The position numbers and the translations under genes were made by a program. A stretch of 64,000 bases of DNA from Antechinus flavipes (taxonomy: Eukaryota): the NCBI RefSeq assembly GCF_016432865.1, contig NC_067399.1, forward strand, positions 48,360,001 to 48,424,000, in the 5' to 3' direction. The notes under the pieces are model-generated. The model was not told the DNA's origin and ran no database searches. It was given only the letters and a program-made list of their open reading frames with translations. Every line of letters begins with the position of its first letter. The stretch's first letter is position 1. Of the stretch, positions 57,800 through 64,000 are shown piece by piece.

Positions 57800-58206
57800 A
57801 GGGATAGAGCTTAGAATCAGGGAGACGAGTTCAAGTTGCACATTTCCTGGCTCTTGCCCAGGCCTGAGAGGCAGGCTCAGAACGGTAAGGTTTTAAGTGG
57901 AGGTTGTTGAGAGGTTTCATGATGTTGGGGTAAGGGGGGGATCCTGAGGCAGATAAAGCGTCCAGTGCATTCCTGGGCACAGCACTGGACCTCTCTGCCT
58001 CAATTTCCTCAACCATAAAATGAACACAATAGTCGCCCTGGGTTGTAAGAATCCAATGAGAGCATGTGTGTAAGGCTCTCAGCACAAAGCCCAGCATGAA
58101 GCAAGTGCTACATAAATTCTGACTCCCTGGCAGGAGGGATCAGGCCCCCAGGTTTCCCTGTCCCTCTTTTCTGACTCCCCGCAGCACCAACCAACTGTAC
58201 CCATAC

Positions 58207-58827
58207 CTGAATGTAGTCCACAGACTCTCCGAGGGCCTTGAAGGCTGTGTACATCACCTCCCGCTTGCCACCCCACTTCTGCATGATGCAGGAGAAGGTG
58301 CTGCCCCGAACCACCTCCTGGACGCGGCCTATCCCCTCCTCCAGACTGTCCTCGGTCTCTCCCTCTCCCACATCGTGAAAGTTGCTCTGCCAGACATAGC
58401 AGCCTGTCTGTTCGGAGCCCAGCACCTCATGGAAGATGTCCAGCATGTAAGTGTCCTCCTGCCTGTTGCCATCCACCACCATCACCACCTTTAGGTTGGG
58501 AAAGGAGATGCGCTGGGCAGAGCGGAGGCACTTGCGCAGGTAATCTGGGTCCTCCTGATAGGCAGCAATGCATAGAGCCACGGAAGGGGCCAGCTTCAGG
58601 GGCCGCCCCCCTCGCCGCATGCGCCGGTGCTCCAAGAAGGCGAAAAGACTCTGGATGAGGAGGTGCAGGCCCAGGATGGCGCCATATAGGCCGAAGGAGA
58701 GGTAGTGCTTCTCTGTGTGGATGAACTGGTACCCAGTCACATACGCCGCCAGGATTCCTCCCAGGACTGCCAGGGCAAAGAGGCTGGTGCCCACTACACG
58801 CAGGGCTGTGCTCAGGTGGACTGGCAT
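58207..58827 (-). CDS. HAS3: HAS3 exon 2 (first coding exon, 621 nt); total protein 548 aa
   Basis: MPVHLSTALRVVGTSLFALAVLGG...VVMVVDGN...KWGGKREVMYTAFKALGESVDYIQ; acceptor ggatag|ATG; donor CAG|gtatgg. Confidence 0.98.
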
Positions 58828-61399
58828 CTATCCAGAGGAAAAAGAGCAAAGGGAAAGTCAGTCAACATTTTTTAGGATTGGATCCACCACCCACTGGAAA
58901 CACAAGCCAGGCTCCCGGACTGACGGGCATGGGAGCTTTGCCCTGCTGTTTCCAATCAGCATAGGTTCACCCCTTCTTAGGCTGGTTGGTGCCAGACTCG
59001 TGTGGCCACTTGGTGTTTAGTGCACTGCAGCTCAAAACAACCCACTAGCCATGGCCTTCCCAGCAACAGGACCCTGCCAGGCCACTGGAAGCAGATGGTA
59101 AGTCCCCTCTTTGTGCCAGGCAGTGCACTAAGCTCTGGGGATCCCAAACCCCTGCCCTGGAAAAGTTCACATACTAGTGATGGAGACGACAGACAACTAA
59201 TTGTATAAGCAGATCTATGCAGTGTAAATGGAAGGTCATCTCAGAAAGAGAGGAGGAGAAGGGGCAAATGCCTCTTGTAAAAAGGGCAGAGCACCCTATA
59301 AAGGCAGCCATTTGTGTGTGGAGCCTAAGTGAGGGCAAGATTAAAAACAGATGAACCCTCTCCACCTTCAAACTTAATAAAGAATCTTCCTTTCATAGAT
59401 ATTTGCATTATACTCCATTACTTTAAGAAAAAGAACTAATAGCTACTGTCCATAAATATGTAGGAGAGTCTGGAAGAAGATGGAAGGCAGCAAACATCCC
59501 TTCCTTAGCATGGGCGGTGGGTAAATCCTATGTGGATTGGTCATAGGAAACCATCTTGCCAGTGCAAACCATGAATAATCTTCCACTGGACAGTTCAGTG
59601 CCCAGCGCACCCACCTAACAACACCAAGCTAGGGAGGTGGAAGGGTCCTGTATCAGAGATGGGTGCTTTTGGCAGGCAGGGAGGCATTGAACACCCCAGG
59701 GACTTCTGGTCCAGCTGCCCATCTCATCTGGGGATGGAACAAACTTGCTGGAAGAAGGAAAAGTGGAGAAAGAGCCTCATGGTGGGTATAGGTAAGGTGT
59801 AAGAAGAGTGAACTAAATGCTGGATCAGGAAATAATTCCTGAGTACTAGTTCTGTGCCAGGCAACACAGAGACAGGCAAGAGAATGTAACATGCAAATGA
59901 CCAGGGATAGACAAGCTCCCAAGAAGAGAGTCTCAGAAGTAAAAGGAATCAGGAAGGGGGGTGGGGGTGGGGGCCAGCTGGGATCCTTTTTATAAGGAAT
60001 ATTGAGAATAACTGGCTCCATCTCATGTCCAGCTTCACAGGACAGAATGACAGCTAGAAAGGACAGCTCTAGGGGTAGGGCTCCTGGCATGGGACAAATG
60101 GGTAGCACAAAAGGGGAGGTAACAAAGCACAAAAATTAAAATGGAGAGAAAGTTTCCCTGTGCCCTTTTACCCTCCCTTTTCCTGAAAAGGGGGCTGAGG
60201 CAAAGCAGAGAAAGTAAACAGGAAAACAGTCCTCGGGAGGGGAGGAGGAAATGGATGCTGAGGGCAGGAGAAGGTGAGCTGTGTGTAAAGCCCAGAAGGA
60301 AGCCGAGGAGAGCTGCAAGGACATGGGGCTGTCGGGGCCGCTGCTGCGGGCGCTGCAGCGGGAGGGGGAGCGGGCTGGCGGGTCCTGTGCCAAGCCGCCT
60401 CTGTGCCCATCCTTGCCATCGGCCCGCTCCCTCCTGGACAGCGGCTCCTGTAAAGTGCCCCCAACCCAGACTCGGCCCCTTGCTCACTGCCCTGGCCGCT
60501 CCCTCCCCAGTCCCTTCCAGCAGAGGCAGGACTCAGATCCTTAGCTCTCTGGGGTCTCCTCCTCCATTCCCCTCAGCCCCCTCTCCATCCCCAGGAAGAA
60601 ACAGCTTCATCTAAGAGTACTGAGAGTATACAGGTTTCTTCTCTTACTTGTCAGGGGCATCTCTGAGGCTCCTCCATTCCCACAATTCCAAAAAGGCTAT
60701 TGCCGTACTTTCCCTACACGAAAGTAAGGACTCTGCCCCCCTCCCCCCTGCCTAGCGGGAGGTCCAAGCAGGCTCTTCTCTGCAGTAAGGAAACTCACCT
60801 CCCCCCATGACCCACAGCGAGAGAACGGGCTAATGGGCTAGCACAATGCCCGAAAAAGCAGTGCCTTGGGGGAGGAGGATCGCCCTTTAAGAGCATATGG
60901 TTGAGAAGCATAAAGCACCGAGAAATCCATACCCCTTAGGGCTGGTCACTGCATTGACTCTTCCTTGGCATTACGCTGGGGGACGGACGGGCAGTGCAAC
61001 TGAAAGAGAGGGGGATGGCGGGCACTTCTTTTTAAAAATCCCAGCCCACCCTGGTAAGAATCCATGCTGGACAAGCCTCTGACCACCCACAGCTCCGTGC
61101 CTGCTTTACCCACCTTAGTTGGGGGACTGGAGCGTGCACAAAGAAAAAGGTTACAAAAGACAAAACAAAAAAGCTCCTTCCACCCCTAGCTCCCTTTCCC
61201 AAGTGGTAAAAGGCAAACAAAGGCACTACCTTTGAGGTCTCACAAAATCCCTTCCTCCCCCAAGGCCCTCCTCAAAGACACCCTGACCTGCCAAGAGTTG
61301 GGTGACAAGACCCGCATAGCTGCACCGCCCCCCTCCCCCCACTACCTGGTGCTCCCGACTTCCAAACAACCCTCTTCATCAAAGGACAGGGGAAAGCAC

Positions 61400-62700
61400 A
61401 TGGGGGGTGGCAACTACTTTCTCTATCCTTGCATTTCGGGCTCCAGAGCTTTCCAGACTGCAGTCCTGGCACTGCCCGGCCCCTGGCACCGGGGCAGCTC
61501 TCGCCGGCCCGGCCACACGATGGCCCGGCACAAACCGCCGCAACCCGCGGCTCTCGGATCTCCGCTCGGAGCCCCTCTCCCCGCACGGTCCCCGGAGCTC
61601 CGCGTCCGGACCGGCCCCCAGCAAACTTTCCACGGAGGCGGCGCGGGGCGGGGCGGGGCGGACAGGTGCGCCCGGCGCACTCGGGCCGCGGGCCCCACGT
61701 GCGGCCGCCGGCCCCCGGGCAGAGCCCCGCACCCGGGAAGGCGGCCGCTAGGGCTCGGCGGGTGGGGCACACTCCAGGCAGCCCGCGCCCCGGCGCTGCC
61801 GCCCCCTCCCATCCATCCATTCATTCTTCATTCATTCATTCATTCACAAAACGGGGCTCGCGGAGGAGGGAGGGGAAGGCGCGAGGAAGAAAGGGAGGAG
61901 GGGTCGGCGGGGAGGGGGCTGCGGAGCGCGGCGGGAGGCTGAAGATGGCGCAGCGCGCCGGGTCGGCAGCGGCGGCCCCCAGCTGCGCGGCCGGAGCCTC
62001 CCCGGGGGCCCCGAGCTCACCGTGCGGCCGGCTGCTCACTCTCCCGGCGGATCAGCGGGGCTGCGGCTGCTCCATGCCCCTCCTCCTAGTCCTCCTCCTC
62101 TCCGCCCCCGCCGCCGCCCGCACACGCCGACTGAGCCGGCCCCGCCGGGCCGCCGCGCTCTTAAGTACCCAAGGGCGCCCCCGCCGGGACGCGCGCCCGG
62201 CCCGGCCCGCGGCTCAGGAGCTCTGGGAGGGGGCATCCCCGGCGCGGGGCGCAGGGGCCGCAAGGCGGTGGGGGCCGCGCCCCGCTCCGCCCTGTTCCGT
62301 TCCGGAGCCGGCCCGGCGCAGCGGGCATCCCGGCCCCCGACGGCGACCGCCCCGGCTCCCCACGCGGGGCAGGGGCGCCCTCAGCCCTTCTTTCCTTCGC
62401 CGCCGAGCCCGCGGGGAATTACTCCTGTGGGCTGCCGGGGTCTGTGCCGGGACCGAGCCCGCTGCCCGGTGCCTCCTCCGGACACCACGTGAAAGGTCCC
62501 GGACAACCCCCCGGCTGCCCAGAGGCCTCTCCACGCGCAGGCTCTGCCCCTTCAGCGTTCTACACTCCCCCTCCCCCGCCCCGAAAGATGTGCTTCCCCA
62601 AGAGAAGCGGAGAACCCCGCGTTCTCTCCCAGTGCCATAAGGTCTTTCGGGCACCCCCTCCCCCAGCCCACCCCCCGCCTTAGCGCTCCTGAGCCCCTTA
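61400..62700 (-). promoter_or_regulatory. HAS3: HAS3 CpG island / promoter with probable non-coding exon 1 (donor at 62021 or 62040)
   Basis: Dense CpG and GC boxes. Minus-strand donors CACG|gtgagc (62021/62020) and AGA|gtgagc (62040/62039); TATA-like TACTTAAG at ~62160-62167; 3.2 kb upstream of the ATG exon. Confidence 0.8.
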
Positions 62701-62859
62701 CTTAAGCAAAGAGCAGGCGAGTGCTTGGGCTCTCGGGTCCACCTGAGAGATGGTCCTGAACGCTCCACTCCCAGCCACTCGACACCCAGTCCCCAGCATC
62801 TCCCTGCAAGGGTGATCTGTTAAACACTCCCCAAACTTTGGTGTCTGCTGCACAGTACC

Positions 62860-63210
62860 AGCCAAAAAGAACATGGCAATACCCTCCCTGCCAACGAGAA
62901 AAAGAGCCAAAACAGTCCTGCCAGAGAACACCCAGATAATCATCAGATTCCGGTTAACAACTGGAACGTGGGCTGTGATACACCGAGCCTCATCCCTTCT
63001 GGGGCACAATCTGGAACCGTGCCCACAGGGCTGTAAAACCGTGGGCCCCTCTGACCCAGCAGGGCCACGGAGAGATCCAAGAGACAGGAAAGGCACCCGG
63101 TGCATCAATATATGGATAGCAGCTCTTTTCGTGGTGGCAAATAACTGGGAATGGAGGGGATGCCCATCAGCCGGGCAATGGCTGAACAAGTGCAATTGGT
63201 TGTGATGGAG
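62860..63210 (+). mobile_element. Degenerate L1 ORF2 3' fragment
   Basis: Peptide remnant IAALFVVANNWEWRGCPSAGQWLNK, typical of the L1 ORF2 C-terminus. Confidence 0.7.
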
Positions 63211-63354
63211 TCCTACGGTGCTGTAAGAGAGGTGGCAGCCCGAAAATACAGAGGGCGGGAGAGAAAGTGTGACCTTGCAAGCAGAGGGATGCCGGGGAGC
63301 GCTGTCTGAAATCTCTCTGGCCTCTGAAAGAATTGAGGGAGAGAGGAAAAGGGG

Positions 63355-63555
63355 GAGTGGCAATTAGATGCTATAATGGATGCAGCACTGGACCCAGAGT
63401 CCACAAGACCTGAATTTAAAGCTATCATCAGGCCCTGACTAGCTGTGTGACCCAGGCAAGTCACTTACCCCAGTCTCCTCAGTTTCCTTAGTTGTAAAAT
63501 AGGAATAATATTACCTATGTCCCAAAATGTTGGGAGAATAGAATGACATATTTGT
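63355..63555 (+). mobile_element. MIR/Mar-type CORE-SINE
   Basis: ctagctgtgtgacccaggcaagtcactta...ctcagtttcc...tgtaaaat core. Confidence 0.75.
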
Positions 63556-63560
63556 TATTT

Positions 63561-63637
63561 GGTGTGTGTGTATATATGTATGTATGTATATATGTGTATA
63601 TATAATATATATATGTATATATATAGACATATATATG
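63561..63637. repeat. Compound (TG)/(TA)/(TATG) microsatellite
   Basis: gtgtgtgtgtatatatgtatgtatgtatatatgtgtatatataatatatatatg... Confidence 0.9.
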
Positions 63638-64000
63638 TTTTTGGTACATATATGCCAAACAATCCATTCTATTGTCTTTTCTTGAAGAGGACCAAAATGA
63701 CATCACTTAAGGTAGAGTCAAATTACAGTGTATCATCAGACTATGGCTGATAAAATCAATTCGAGCTCATGCTCTGTGAATAGGGCGTGCAGATAGTCCC
63801 AATGAACATTTGAGGTGGTTTCCTCTAAATCTGCACATCTCCAGTTTCTTCTGAGCTACTTCAATTCTGCTTCGCCGAGAGAGAGTACAGCACCCGCTCT
63901 GATGAGGGCCCACCATGCTGGGTGGTCCTGTGCCAGGGTCTCCCATCTCATAATCTCCAGAGACTTGAAGAATGTCCTTGTATCACTTTTTCTGACCATA

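Noticed and set aside
61059-61079. p53/p63-like element (CATG...GGACAAGCCT) near HAS3
   Set aside because: Only one good half-site; spacing between the cores is 5 nt rather than 6.
61232-62768. 403-aa and other long ORFs over the HAS3 CpG island
   Set aside because: Same GC-composition artefact; low complexity and open in several frames at once.

Overview
Eukaryotic (mammalian) genomic DNA, most likely from a dasyurid marsupial. The inference rests on marsupial-type CORE-SINEs, short L1 3' ends of marsupial type and an OC1-like hAT MITE. The window holds the block syntenic to human 16q22.1. UTP4/CIRH1A lies on the minus strand (15 coding exons reconstructed by hand, 2061 nt, 686 aa, CDS 37086->8269). 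It shares a very compact bidirectional CpG-island promoter (~38870-39720) with CHTF8 on the plus strand (121 aa). The CHTF8 stop codon overlaps the start of the 681-aa intronless DERPC ORF (ATGA, 46344-46347). HAS3 (minus, 548 aa, CDS 58827->51948, own CpG island ~61400-62700) converges tail-to-tail with CHTF8/DERPC. Most interesting observations: the CHTF8/DERPC two-ORF last exon (stop-start overlap, an in-frame C_CCA_AAA slippery heptamer whose -1 frame runs open into DERPC, and an exon-3-skip uORF switch); a 15-unit GGLGx pentapeptide expansion inside DERPC; a single 264-nt UTP4 exon where human appears to have two (candidate intron loss); a 25-bp-stem hairpin in CHTF8 intron 1; an OC1-like MITE; a solo LTR with a 6-bp TSD inside an L1; nested L1 insertions with intact TSDs; a 191-bp tandem duplication in HAS3 intron 3; and CTCF-like sites. 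Gene identities and human comparisons come from recalled protein sequences, not from database searches. Repeat family names are tentative.
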